Of a stretch of DNA of 64,000 nucleotides, positions 11,818 to 24,901 are shown one piece after another. The stretch's first letter is position 1, and every line of letters begins with the position of its first letter. This DNA comes from Eledone cirrhosa (Eukaryota). The notes beneath the pieces are model-generated. The model was not told the DNA's origin and did no database searches. It worked only from the letters and a program-made list of their open reading frames with translations. The stretch covers positions 12,090,001 through 12,154,000 of the forward strand of contig OZ024760.1 of assembly GCA_964016885.1 (NCBI GenBank). The letters run 5' to 3'. The translations under genes were made by a program, and so were the position numbers.

Positions 11818-13411
11818 TTATTATTATTATTATTAGACTTCACCAACATAAGAGATATTGGAATGGCCTCTGTCTCTGTCACCAAAGTAAGGAAGGAAGG
11901 AAAGAAGGAACATTAAGAGGAATTGTTCAAGTGGCCATTGGTAATAACTAGAGGAAGAGAGAAGAGTTCAGAGGTGAGAGAGACTAGCTAGGTTATTCAA
12001 CACCTAACTCTCCCTACCACGACCACCACCCCCTGGTATGGTGGTGGCAGTGGGGCTAGAGAGACACCACACAGAGTCCAGACCTAATTAGAAGTACAGA
12101 ACAGGAAATTAATGAAGTGTAATTGTCACAAACGAGACAATTGGTGACAGTTTAACGAAGTGAAGTAGTCTTAACTCTTAACATCCTGTAAATGTTGAGA
12201 AGAAAATATTTGTTTAAAATGTGTTTTAATTCAAATGGTCGTATTGTTATAAGTATCTTTACTAAAAGCCCTATCAATACAAGGTGTCCCCCAAAAATGT
12301 ATACGCTCTTTGACTACCTTTCCAGGTAATATTTATTAGAATTCACAGTCTTTCCTAAAAATAAAATGATCTTACAGACATAATTCAATTGTATGTAAAC
12401 ACCCCAAAATGTTTACATAATTTAAATTGGTACAATGCCAGCAATTACCCCAGTGTATCACTGTTACTTTATGTTATTGACCCCATAAGGATGAAAGGCA
12501 AAGTTAACGTTGGCGGGATTTGAACACAGACCATAAATGACCAAAACTATGCCGCAAAGCATGTTGTCCGAATAAGATGAAACATTTGTTCTCGGTAACA
12601 GAGAACTAACTGTTGTAGAACTACTTCTACCAAACTCGTCCCATGGACTGAGTGCTCTACCACTACGGACGGATATAACCCACTAGTGTTCTACTATTAT
12701 ATATATATATATATAAAGAGATCTGGATTACACCAGTTTAAACTGGTAAGACCATAATTCAGCAGAGTACTTGATACTTGGGATACTAGATTGTCAAGCC
12801 CTGACTCTATACATATATATATACACACATATATGTATATATGTGTGTATATATATGTATATATATGTGTGTGTGTGTATATATATATATGTGTGTGTGT
12901 ATATATATATATATCAGATGACGTCTCTTTAATGTCCTATGACTCTTCTCATCTTTCCTAAAAGTTAATATATGATAGTTAATATTACACATTCTTCCAT
13001 CAGCCTCTGCAGATCTTTCCTTGCACATTCAATGGTCATGACTCACTCACAATGATCTTGACATCACACTCAGTATATATATATATATTTCTCTCAGTCT
13101 TCTGCCATTTGCAAGCAGGAGAGAGATAAACCCTTTGTTGCTAACAAAGATATTTCTTTCAATCTTCAGCCATTTGCAAAAAGGAGAGAGAGAGATATCC
13201 CCTATGTTGCTAACAAAGATATTTCTCTCGGTTTTCAGCCATTTGCAATCTTCACTCCTTATATATATATATATATATCTTCACTCCTTATATATATATA
13301 TATATATCTTTCTCTCAGTCTTCAGGAGAGGAGAGAGATAAATCGTTTGTTGCTAACAAAGATATTTGTCTCAGTCTTTAGCCTTTTGCAGCTTTCACAA
13401 CGCCACAATCG

Positions 13412-13458
<47 letters not shown>

Positions 13459-14676
13459 AAGATATTTCTTTCAATCTTCTGCCATTTACAAGAAGGAGAT
13501 AGAGAAATAGATGCCCCCTATGTTGCTAACAAAGAAGATATTCCCTCAATCTTCAGCCATTTGCAAGAAGGAGATAGAGAGAGAGATAGAGAGATAAAAC
13601 TTTTGTTGCTAACAAAGAGATAACTGGAATTTTTTCCATACCTTCCTTTACTCTAGTTACTTTGTGATTCTTAAGCAGAAGCCATACAGCACCTCCCCTA
13701 GGGGGCCATAACATATGTTTGGGGGATTATATTTTTTTAAATTTAAATGGGACATTTCAGGGCTGCAGAACTTTCTGTGGCCATCACACAACAATATATC
13801 TGATATGTGAAATATGTTAAATTAACATGTTATAATCCTAGATTTCATGTGTGAGTGTGTATGTGGCAGGGTGGGTGTGTGTGTGTGTGTGTATGTCGCA
13901 GACTATGTGTGTAAATGGGTGTGTGCATTCATGTGAGTATGTGTGTGTGTGTGTGTGCATGTATGTGAATGGCTGTGTGTGTGTGTATGAAACCTCAGTC
14001 ACATCATGAGGTGAATGATGTGGTTCTATTGATGGTGATGATGATGATAGTAATAATTATGATTATGATGATGATGATGGTGATAATGATGATAGTAATA
14101 ATTATGATTATGATGATGATGGTGATGATGATGATAGTAATAATTATGATTATTATTATGATGATGATGATAGTAATAGTTATGATTATGATGATGATGG
14201 TGATGATGATGATAGTAATAATTATGATTATTATTATGATGATGATGATAGTAATAATTATGATTATGATGATGATATTGATATTTCCTGCAAATGTTTT
14301 TTTTTTCTCACGGTAGTATTTTAATTTGACAATAGCTTACAGGAACCTGTGCTAACAGTTACAAGTTGTTAAGATGTTATATTACTAATAATAGTTGAAG
14401 TGTTGTGAGTCATCTATCAATGAATTACTTATAAACTGACTGTCACACTCTTTCTATATGAATTATCTATAAATAAATAAAATATTCTGTGCCTCTCAGG
14501 TTATGGAGTTCACTTTAGTCCTCATGGGATTTCAGCCCCGGTCTTACTACCTGGCACCTTGGGCAAGTGTCTTCTACTATTGTACTATATATATATATAA
14601 CGAAGGAAGTGTGGTAAGGAACCAGGTGGACCATAACGCACCAGAGTACTCAATACTTTGGGTAGTAGAGTGGGTA

Positions 14677-14809
14677 ATAGGAAAAGTTCAGGACCCCGAC
14701 GGTAGAACTCAAGCCATTTCGACGGCTATTTCTGGACTCAATAGTCCAGAAATAGCTGTCGAAACGGCTTGAGCTCTGCCGTCGGGGTCCGTACTGAACT
14801 TTTTCCTAT
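14677..14809. repeat. Fold-back palindrome of family L
   Basis: Arms pair up to a CAAT loop at ~14739-14742. Each arm has GAAA-stem III-GUC. Confidence 0.85.
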
Positions 14810-14960
14810 ATATATATAGGTTTCTGGATCCCAGACGACAATAATATACGTCTGATCGTTCGTCAGAGAGAGATGTTATAGATAAAAGATATGAAATGAA
14901 ATTTAAAATCAGTAATTTAAGAGATTTTAAATTTCATTTCATCTCTTTTATCTATAACAT

Positions 14961-15025
14961 CTCTCTCTGACGAATGATCCAGACATATATTATTGTCTGG
15001 GATCCAGAAACCTTTGGTAATGGAG
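14961..15025 (+). ncRNA. Type I hammerhead (family D) in the right arm of a ~92-bp-arm inverted repeat (14818-15013)
   Basis: CUGACGA at 14967, stem II GAUCCAGACA/UGUCUGGGAUC, GAAA-CC(UUU)GG-UA. Stem I imperfect. Truncated copies on - at 14818-14871 and 10228-10289. Confidence 0.65.
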
Positions 15026-15239
15026 TAGTTATATTTTGTGTTGTTCACTTCCTAATTATATATGTATGTACACACACACACACACACACAAACATATAAA
15101 TATATACACACATACATACACACATATATATTATATTGTTATATTTTCAGTCATTAAAATAAAATTTGTTCTAAGAAAGTTCCTTATTTTTCAGCAACCT
15201 TTCTCCTATAATTTACCTTCTGTTTCTTTCTATTTCCAG

Positions 15240-15416
15240 ATTACCCTCTAGAATGGTTGCCCTATGCATACACACTGGAGATTTTAGGATCTTGTCTTGG
15301 TGGTGCTTCTGTGATTACAATAGTGACTTGGCTTTGGTATTTGGGCAAATCCAAGACAAACAGATGTGTTATTAGATTTCTTAAACTACTGGCGATTCTT
15401 TTACAGGCATTTGCTG
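15240..15416 (+). CDS. Internal exon of claudin/PMP22/EMP-like tetraspan protein (TM2 to start of TM3)
   Basis: Polypyrimidine tract plus TTTCCAG acceptor, G|GTAAGT donor, phase 1/1. DYPLEWLPYAYTLEILGSCLGGASVITIVTWLWYLGKSKTNRCVIRFLKLLAILLQAFA(G). Upstream exons not found. Confidence 0.8.
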
Positions 15417-16451
15417 GTAAGTTGAAAGTTCCCTTATTTAGGAATTTGTTGGGGGGGAAAAAAATGTTTTATTGTTTTTTTTTTTTTTTTGTATTTCACA
15501 ATTAAAAAAAAAATATTATTATTGATGGATCTTTAGTGTTGTGGCATATCAGAGGTGTGTTTGGCCTAGTGGTAAAGTTGTTGGACTTACGATTATATCA
15601 TGGGTTTGATTCCAGGACTGGGTTGTGTGTTGTGTTCTTGAGCAAAAAACTTTATTTCATGTTGCTCCAGTATACTCATTGGCAGCCCGTGGTCTAGTGG
15701 TAAGGTTGTTGAACTTACAATCATGTTGTTGTGAGTTTGATTCCTGGGCTGGGTTATGTGTTGTGTTCTTGAGCAAAACACATAGTCAGCCTACCCTTGT
15801 ATAAACAAAAAAAGCTTCTGCACAGTTTCTGTCTACCAAATTCCACTAACAAGGCATTGGTTGGTTAACCTGGGGCTATGATAGAAAATATTTGCTCAAG
15901 GTGCCATGCTGTAGGTCTGAACTTGAAACCATGTGGTTGTGAAGCAAGCCCTTTCACCACGCAGTAAATGCCTGGGCTTATAAAAAAAATCTTTATCTTC
16001 TGCAGTTTAAAAGACATTGACTTCAGAAAAATGTTACCTCATTCATAGGTTTAAGCATTTTTCGTCTGATAAAATTGAAATAGTTTTCTTGTGTTGAAAA
16101 GGTCAGTGGATCCTACTTCCTCTTCGAAAGGAAATGTTTTCAGACATTTAACTGAAACATTACGTAAATAATTTCCTCTTAAACAACTCAAATATACAAA
16201 ATATTCTTCTTGCTTTGTGGTATATAGTTACATCCCTTAACGTTCTGAGTTTAAAACCTGTCAAGGTTAGCTTTTCTTTACAGCCTTGCGGGGGGTTGAT
16301 AAAATAAAGTACCAGTAAGGTACTGGGGTTGATTTAATCGACTTCCCCCAGCCCCTTAAGTTACTGGTCTTGTGTCTTAATTAAAAACCATTTTATTTTA
16401 AAATAAATTACTGCTTCTACTTTCTATGTCACCTTAGTTTAAATAGACTCT

Positions 16452-16848
16452 ATCAATTTACAGAGTGGACTGGGTGTTTTGTACCATGGTACCAACACTA
16501 CAACTTTACAGAGTGGACTGGCTGCTCTATATCACAGTACCAACACTGCCACTTTACAGAGTAGACTGGGTGTTCTATGTCATGGTACCAACACTACCCC
16601 TTTACAGAGTGGACTGGGTGTTTTGTATCATGGTACCAACACTATCAATTTACAGAGTGGACTGGGTGTTTTGAATCATGGTACCAACACTACCCCTTTA
16701 CAGAGTGGACTGGGTGTTTTGTATCATGGTACCAACACTACCCCTTTACAGAGTGGACTGGGTGTTTTGTATCATGGTACCAACACTATCAATTTACAGA
16801 GTGGACTGGGTGTTTTGAATCATGGTACCAACACCACCACTTTACAGA
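16452..16848. repeat. 48-bp minisatellite (~8 copies) from SINE-internal module
   Basis: Unit TTTACAGAGTGGACTGGGTGTTTTGTATCATGGTACCAACACTACCCC. Confidence 0.9.
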
Positions 16849-17537
16849 ATGTGTTGTGTGAACTTTATCATAAAATCACATACCAATCAGTAAACCTAAA
16901 ATTTGACTAACTCTTCTAATTATGATATCTAAATTGAAGAATTTCAGTCTTCCACTTACTAGAAAGGGAGGGGATCTTTGCCTTCATTAATTCTCGATAA
17001 AAACTAAAAAAAATTTTTTCCTTCATTTAATTATTTCCTGTCAAACTTTAAAAGGTCTTATTATTATTATTATTATTATTATTATTTCATTTTTTTTTTT
17101 TTTTTTTTTTAAATATATTTTTCAACACGTTTCTTCCTTCTATTAATTTAGTTGAAATTCCGCATAATTCAAAGATTGTGTCATAGTCATAGCAAAAAAA
17201 TATAAACCATATTAACATAGCAACATTTTTATTTCTCCGGAACTGTTAATTCCCAATCCATTTATTTGTCTTGAAATTTATCCAATTCATAGAATAAGAT
17301 AAAGAAATCATTAAGATTTGTGAAATAGTTATAATGGAACAAGAATTATGGAGATTATCTTAATTTTGTTTGTTAGATTATTTTCTGCATTATTTTGGTG
17401 ATTTTGATTTTTTTTTTTCATATCATCATTCTTGTCTTGTACAATATCGACCCCATTTATATATATAGTGGTAGAACACTAGAAGGTAATATCTGTAGTG
17501 GTAGAGCACTCAGTCCATAGGACGAGTTTAGTATAAA

Positions 17538-17684
17538 TAATTACAACAGTGACATAAACAGGTACTCAAGTTTCGTTGGGTTCTGGGCCCAACTCATTCA
17601 GCCACTCAGGACAGGCTGAATGAATTGAGGCCCAGAACCCAACGAAATTTAAGTAAGTACCTGTTTATGTCACTGTTGTAATTA
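17538..17684. ncRNA. Inverted pair of variant hammerheads (family F, CUGAAUGA core)
   Basis: Consensus of the two arms: ACAGG-CUGAAUGA-GUUGGG(CCCAGAA)CCCAAC-GAAA-CU(UG)AG-UA-CCUGU. A family tail also occurs at ~12610-12700. Confidence 0.6.
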
Positions 17685-17755
17685 TATATATATATATTTC
17701 GTTTTTGAATTTGTTTTGCAAGATTTCTTGTCTGAAAACGTGTGTTGAAACAGAT

Positions 17756-18003
17756 AGTTATACTTTGGGGGGGTCATGTTGCCAATAAGAACACATGCAC
17801 CTGTTGGCTTTCACTTCAATTTATTATAAATTTCCGGTTGGTTGGTTTGGGAGGTCACAGATTGTGTGACGAAAGAGCTTTGACTATATATAAACAATCG
17901 ACCAGTTATAGAACCAACCAATCAGAAATGTATAATAAATTGAAGTGAAAACCAACAGGTGCATGTGTTTTTATTGGCAGCATGACCCTCCCAAAGTATA
18001 ACT
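17756..18003. repeat. ~90-bp-arm inverted repeat in a (TA)n-bounded insert
   Basis: ATAGTTATACTTTGGG...GGTTGGTT versus AACCAACC...CCCAAAGTATAACTAT. The flank recurs at ~39970-40050 (-). Confidence 0.8.
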
Positions 18004-18087
18004 ATATATATATATATATTGGAAAATGTGTGCGGTCCTTGGTACAGTTAGGTATATTTGAAAAAAGGAAAAGAATGACGTCACTTC

Positions 18088-18480
18088 ATCATCATCATCG
18101 TTTAATGTTCATGTTCCACGCTTGCATGGGTTTGGACGGGAGTTTTCCCACTTGAGGCAAGAGTGGTTGTCTTGCTCGCATAGGACTGTCTGGCGGGTTT
18201 TCTACGGCTGGATGCCCTTCCTAATACCAACCACATTTACAGTGTGGGGCTGGGAGGTTTTTACCGTGTTGCCTACACGGCCACATTACAGCGTGGACTG
18301 TCTGACGGGTTTTCTACAGCTGGATGCCCTTCCTAACACCAACCACATTTACAGTGTGGGGCTGGGAGGTTTTTACCGTGTTGCCTACACGGCCACATTA
18401 CAGCGTGGACTGTGTTTTTTTGTCGTGACACCTACACGATCTCATTTGTTTCGGCCTGGATGTTGTGGCACCAACATAAC
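18088..18480 (-). mobile_element. SINE family S2 with internal duplication
   Basis: GGATGCCCTTCCTAACACCAACC body and (CAT)n tail. Other copies at 5668-5823, 10015-10173, 38460-38810, 60455-60745 and 61337-61483. Confidence 0.8.
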
Positions 18481-18570
18481 TTGTAGTTGGTATTCTATAA
18501 CAATTTAATTTTATAATTTTACAATTGTAAAATTATAAAATTAAATTGTTATAGAATACCAACTACAAGT
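18479..18570. repeat. Perfect spacerless 92-bp palindrome
   Basis: 46-bp arms centred at 18524/18525. Pairing resumes at 18055-18087 versus 18570-18600 across the SINE. Confidence 0.9.
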
Positions 18571-18729
18571 GAAGTCATTCTTTTCCTTTTTTCAAATATA
18601 TATGTATTGCCAAATAAATTAACTATGGAGATATAAAAGATACAGAAGCGAAAACCAACCCAACAGTGAGTGTGTTCTGTTATTATTTCTGGCAATATTA
18701 TTACAACAATATGCCCCTCCCTAAGTATA

Positions 18730-18771
<42 letters not shown>

Positions 18772-19274
18772 ATAGGTACACTGTATCCCTGTGTGTATCT
18801 AGTTTACAATAGCTACACTGTTCTTCTTCTTTTTCCACCCCTTTGCCCACATATTCCTAAGAGGGTCGTGGTGGGGGACAGAGTCTTCCTCAAACACTCC
18901 TTCCAGCAGGTCCTGTCAGAAGCAACCATTTCCAACTGATCCGATAATGTAGAATTTCAAGATTGATATCATTGTTAGTAAATAATCCGTTATAATTTTC
19001 TCAGGCTAGAAAACAGAATGGAATTGGAAATATTTGCTTTTCCTTCTGCTATATAAACAAAGCATAATGGCTATTTCTGCCGATGGCTACAAATTGTTAT
19101 CTTTTCCTATCTTCTTTAACAGAAAGCTACATGTTTTTCCAACTCTTCTCATTTCCCAAATATTCTGGGGATTGTCATATATTTTCCTGTCTTCTGTAAT
19201 AGAGAGCTCCATGTTTTCTATCTTCTCATTTCACAAATATTTTGGGATTGTCGTATTTTTCCTATCTTCTTTAA

Positions 19275-19467
19275 CCCTTTAGCATTTATATTACTCTATA
19301 TTTACTATCATATTTTCATGGTAAAAAGCTTTATTTCACATAATTATCTCACATATCGAATCTATGACATTTTGATATTATTTATTTTGAGCAGCTAGTT
19401 ACAGCCAGTTTGACTGAAAGAGGTGAGAGAATTCTGGCTGGATACGGCCGGTTTAAATGCTAAAAGG
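19275..19467 (+). mobile_element. piggyBac-type MITE with TTAA TSD
   Basis: TTAA-CCCTTTAGCATTTA...TAAATGCTAAAAGG-TTAA. An empty-site paralogue lies at 19111-19130. Confidence 0.85.
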
Positions 19468-20082
19468 TTAATAGAAAGCTACACGTTTTCTATCTCTTAT
19501 CATTTGCCAAATATTTTGGGGATTGTCATATTTTTCCTATCTTCTTTAGTAGAGAGCTCCATGTTTTCTATCTCTTTTCATTTCCCAAATATTTTTGGGA
19601 TTGTCATAAAGGTATCAAGGCAATGAAATGGAAGAATTGTTAGAACATTGAATAAAAGGAATACCTTACGGTATTTGTTTTGGACTCTCTTCTCTTTGAG
19701 TTCAAATCCCACTGAGGTCAACTTTGCCTTTCATCCTTTCGAGGTCAATAAAAAAAATGTAAAAAATGTACCAGTCCAATACCAGAGGTCATTATTCCCC
19801 CCCCCCCTCTATACCTCTTTCTATTAGTCTCTCTCCCCTTCTTTGGAATAAATTGGCTTTTTTTTTCAGTCTTGGTGAGAGGATGGGCTCTGCTAGGTTT
19901 ACAAATGCTCGTATATCACTTTGCTGTCTCTACAACTTCACCAAGATTTACGAGTCCATAAGTCCATATGTACACAAAGGCATTGCCACTGTACAGCTTG
20001 TGTCAAAGTATCATCCATTTATTGTAATATTATACTTCCATATATTTATTTATGTATTGATATATGGAGTAAAAACTGTGAA

Positions 20083-20148
<66 letters not shown>

Positions 20149-21438
20149 CACTGCCTCTTTCTCTCTCTCTCTCTACTCCACTGCCCCCTCTCTCTCTCTC
20201 TTTTCCCCCTCTCTCTCTATCTCCTCACTATAATACCTACATTACATGTCTCTCCTGCATTACCATCACCATAATGAAAGACACTTGGTGTTTGGAACAT
20301 AACTTAACAAAGGTTTTTACATAAAATTATGGCAGAAGATTTTAGATAAATTATAAACATTTTAAAATAGTTTTGAATCATAAAAACCAGAGATAAAATT
20401 ATGGTGGAAGTATTTTAGATAAATATAAACACTTTAAAACAAACAGTTTTATATTCATAGAACCAGAGATGTTTGAGGTTCTTACATAAATTTATGATGG
20501 AAGGCTTTTAGATAAATTATAAACACTTTTATTGTATCATAGAACCAGGTGTGTTTGAGGTGTAACACCAGAGGTGTTTGAGGTTCTTACATAAATTTAT
20601 GATGGAAGGCTTTTAGATAAATATCAACAAAAACACTTTAAAACAGTTTTGCATCATTGAACAAGGGGCGGTTTAGTATGAGAAGCCTTATGGCATGTTT
20701 TGCTATGAATATCTGTCTATGGCTGTCTGTTGTCATAATGTCTCCTGTCTGGGCAGTGTGACATCTCTACACAGCTATAACCACCTAGAATGTCAGTGTT
20801 TAAGAATTTCTACCTTCCCTTATCCCTTATCCCTTGTCATTTGTCCCCAAGCATGTAAACAACTGAACATAAATCTAGAATTTTCTTTCTCTCTGTCTGT
20901 CTGGTTGGCATAATGTGTCTGTGTGTGTGTGTGTGTGCTTGAATGTGTCTGTGTTTGTGTGAGTGGCTGTGTGTATGTCTGTCTGTGTTTGTGTGTGTGT
21001 GAGTGGCTGTGTGTGTGTGTGTGTGAGTGGCTGTGTGTATGTCTGCCTGTATCTGTGTGTATGTCTGCCTGTATCTGTGTGTATGTCCGCCTGTGTCTGT
21101 GTGTGTGTGTATCTGTGTCAGTGTTTGTGTGTGCGTGTGTCTGTGTGTGTGTGCGTGTATGTCAGTGTGTGTGTGTGTGTGTCAGTGTGTGAGTGTATGT
21201 CAGTGTGTGTGTGTGTGTGTGTGTCAGTATGTGTGTGTGTACTCCTTGTTTCTAGGAACAAAGAATGTGCAACCATTTTGGTGAACCTTCAACAATCTGT
21301 GTCAATATATTCAGGCAGATCACAGTAATATATATAGTTGTTGTAGGGGTCATGTTGTTGTTGTAGGGGACATGTTGTTGTTGTCTGCAATAATCGTGAG
21401 GCTTGCTGTAATATATATATATGTTATTGTGGTAATAT

Positions 21439-21484
<46 letters not shown>

Positions 21485-21568
21485 ATATTACCACAATAAC
21501 ATATATATATATTTATTATATATATATATATAGGGCATCCCAAAAAATGTATACACACTTCAACAGCA

Positions 21569-21633
<65 letters not shown>

Positions 21634-22466
21634 TTGTTATTGTTGTACAACTGTCTGCAACAAAAGACTGTCCTCCTCTGTATATGTGTGTGTGGTGTAT
21701 AAATCTGTGTGTGTACGTGTGTATATATGTGTAGTGTGGTGGGGTTGTGGTGGTATCAGTGTGTGTGTGTGTATGTGTATATGTGTGTGTAGAATCCATT
21801 TTTGAAACCTTCTTTCTCCAATCTTCTCTGCATGAATCTGTTGAGATTTTAATGGCGATGTTTTGAACAGTTCATCACCTGCTGTCTTTTTAAATTATAC
21901 TATTTAGATATATTGTCTATATATGTATATATATTGTGTATATATGTATGTATATTGTGTATATATGTATATATATCGTGTATATATATATATGTATATA
22001 TACTATTTAGATATATTGTCTATATATGTATATATATTGTGTATATATGTATGTATATATATATTGTGTATATATGTATATATACTATTTATATATATTG
22101 TCTATATATGTATATATACTATTTAGATATATTGTTTATATATGTATATATATTGTGTATATATGTATATATACTATTTAGATATATTGTCTATATATGT
22201 ATATATATTGTGTATATATGTATATATACTATTTAAATATATTGTTTATATATGTATATATATTGTGTATATATATACTATTTAGATATATTGTGTATAT
22301 ATGTATATATAGTATTTAAATATATTGTATTTAGATATGTTGTGTATGTATATGCACACACACACAAACACATATATGAGTGTCCCTGTTTCAATCGGGG
22401 ATAACCACAATAAGTAAGGTACTCAATACATTAGTAGAGCGTAAACATCAAGTTTAATATAGAAAT

Positions 22467-22519
22467 GACTTCTACAGGACTAGAACTGTTTCATTCAAAG
22501 GAAATCATCCGGAAAGCCC
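22467..22519 (-). ncRNA. Hammerhead family C copy, core mutated (CGGAUGA)
   Basis: Reverse complement aligns with 62284-62408, including the downstream tail. Confidence 0.65.
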
Positions 22520-22887
22520 TTTACTGATGATTTCTATATTATATATGCTTTTACCACCACCACCATCATCACTACTACTACTACTGTGTATTAAAATTAA
22601 TTCATAATCCCCCCTTCCAGTGAGTTTTCCATCTGTCGACATCTGACTTAAAGACATCCCAGACTCTTCTTCTTCTTCTTACTGTTCTTCAACCATAGTT
22701 CTTCTTCAACCGTGACAAAACTATGTCAAAACTATCTGAGCAACTAAAGCTGTTTTCAGACAAACATGTTGACATGTTCATATAAACATTGATAAGATTT
22801 CCTCACTTATTTTAGTTATATTTTTACAGATTTACATGTTGAAATGGGAATATTTCCAGGTCACTTTTGTTTTAGTTTCTCTTTTTC

Positions 22888-23430
22888 TTTCTTTCTTAGA
22901 TGTATATAAACACAGGCTTAGCTGTGTTGTGTGGTTAAGGAATTTGCTTGTCAAGCATGTGGGATCTTCAGCAAAGTGTCTTTTGCTATAGACTTGGGTT
23001 AAGTTTGGGTTAACCAATTCTTTCTTAGATGTATATAGACAGAGACATAACTGTCTTGTGAGGTTAAGGAATTCATTTCTCAACTATGTGGGATCTTCGG
23101 CAAAGTGTCTTTTGCTATAGACTTGGGTTAAGTTTGGGTTAACCAATTCTTTCTTAGATGTATATAGACAGAGACATAACTGTCTTGTGAGGTTAAGGAA
23201 TTCATTTCTCAACTATGTGGGATCTTCGGCAAAGTGTCTTTTGCTATAGACTTGGGTTAAGTTTGGGTTAACCAATTCTTTCTTAGATGTATATAGACAG
23301 AGACATAACTGTCTTGTGAGGTTAAGGAATTCATTTCTCAACTATGTGCGATCTTCGGCAAAGTGTCTTTTGCTATAGACTTGGCTTAACTGGTTCTTTC
23401 TGAGATATATATAGACACAGGCATAACTGT
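22888..23430. repeat. 129-bp tandem repeat (~4 copies) of a SINE head
   Basis: TTAGATGTATA recurs at 23025, 23154 and 23283. Confidence 0.9.
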
Positions 23431-23640
23431 GTCTTCTTCTTTTCTTCACCCATTTCTTCCTGAGGGAATCGTGGAGGCAAAGTCTTCAAACACTCCTTCC
23501 AGCAGGTCTTGTCACAAGCAACTGTCTCCAACTGATCCGGCTGGATACCCAAACGTGACCAGCCAAGCTCAAGGATGTTATCCAACTATTTTGCTCTTAG
23601 GGTCTACCCCTGGGTCTCCCACCAGTTGGCTTCGCCTGTA
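23431..23640 (-). mobile_element. RTE LINE 3' fragment
   Basis: DNILELGWSRLGIQPDQLETVACDKTCWKECLKTLPPR with (GAA)n tail. Sibling at 18820-18945. Confidence 0.75.
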
Positions 23641-24173
23641 AAGATTGTCTATGTTGATTTAAAAAAACAAAAACAACATAATTAGTCGTTTAGTTTACAT
23701 ATCGAAACCCCAAGCCATCCTATTTATTTCATAAAATATCGGATTTCTAGTAATGTACTTTTTTTGTCATGTATGTTTGTTAATGTATAAAGAAAATTAA
23801 AATAAAATTTCACTAGAGATAGATTAACAATATTTAATAAGCTTTGGAAGAAAATCTGAGAAATTAAGCTAGGGTTAGGACGGTTATTCGAGAGACACGA
23901 GAATACTTTATTTAATCATTGCTCATTTCATGTTTCTTCCCAAGGCTATTTTCTCATCTGAAATCAACTAATTAAATGTATAATCATCAATAATTATTTC
24001 TTCATAAATTGAGTACAAATTAAAAAAAAAAATTAATTGCTTTTCATTAATGTAGACGTATGTATGGCTGTGTGGTTAACAAGTTCACAATAGCTGTGTG
24101 GTTCAGTTCCTTTTGTAATCACATAGTTTCGATTTCAGTTCCACTGTGGGGCACTTTGGACATATGTCTTCTA

Positions 24174-24901
24174 CTCTCCTGAGAGTTTCTTCTCTGAAAA
24201 CCTTCTGTCCAGCTCTCCTGAGAGTTTCTTCTCTGAAGACCTTCTGCTGTCCAGCTCTCCTGAGAGTTTCTTCTCTGAAGACCTTCTGTCCAGCTCTCCT
24301 GAGAGTTTCTTCTCTAAAGACCTTCTGCTGTCCAGCTCTCCTGAGAGTTTCTTCTCTGAAAACCTTCTGTCCAGCTCTCCTGAGAGTTTCTTCTCTGAAG
24401 ACCTTCTGCTGTCCAGCTCTCCTGAGAGTTTCTTCTCTAAAGACCTTCTGCTGTCCAGCTCTCCTGAGAGTTTCTTCTCTGAAGACCTTCTGTCCAGCTC
24501 TCCTGAGAGTTTCTTCTCTAAAGACCTTCTGCTGTCCAGCTCTCCTGAGAGTTTCTTCTCTGAAAACCTTCTGTCCAGCTCTCCTGAGAGTTTCTTCTCT
24601 GAAGACCTTCTGCTGTCCAGCTCTCCTGAGAGTTTCTTCTCTAAAGACCTTCTGCTGTCCAGCTCTCCTGAGAGTTTCTTCTCTGAAGACCTTCTGTCCA
24701 GCTCTCCTGAGAGTTTCTTCTCTAAAGACCTTCTGCTGTCCAGCTCTCCTGAGAGTTTCTTCTCTGAAAACCTTCTGTCCAGCTCTCCTGAGAGTTTCTT
24801 CTCTGAAGACCTTCTGCTGTCCAGCTCTCCTGAGAGTTTCTTCTCTAAAGACCTTCTGCTGTCCAGCTCTCCTGAGAGTTTCTTCTCTAAAGACCTTCTG
24901 C
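24174..24901. repeat. 39/42-bp minisatellite (~18 units) inside a SINE
   Basis: CTCTCCTGAGAGTTTCTTCTCTGAAGACCTTCTG(CTG)TCCAG. Confidence 0.95.

Noticed and set aside
12716-12775. Possible minus-strand hammerhead (CUGCUGA...UAAAC...GUA)
   Set aside because: Two core mismatches and no stem I.
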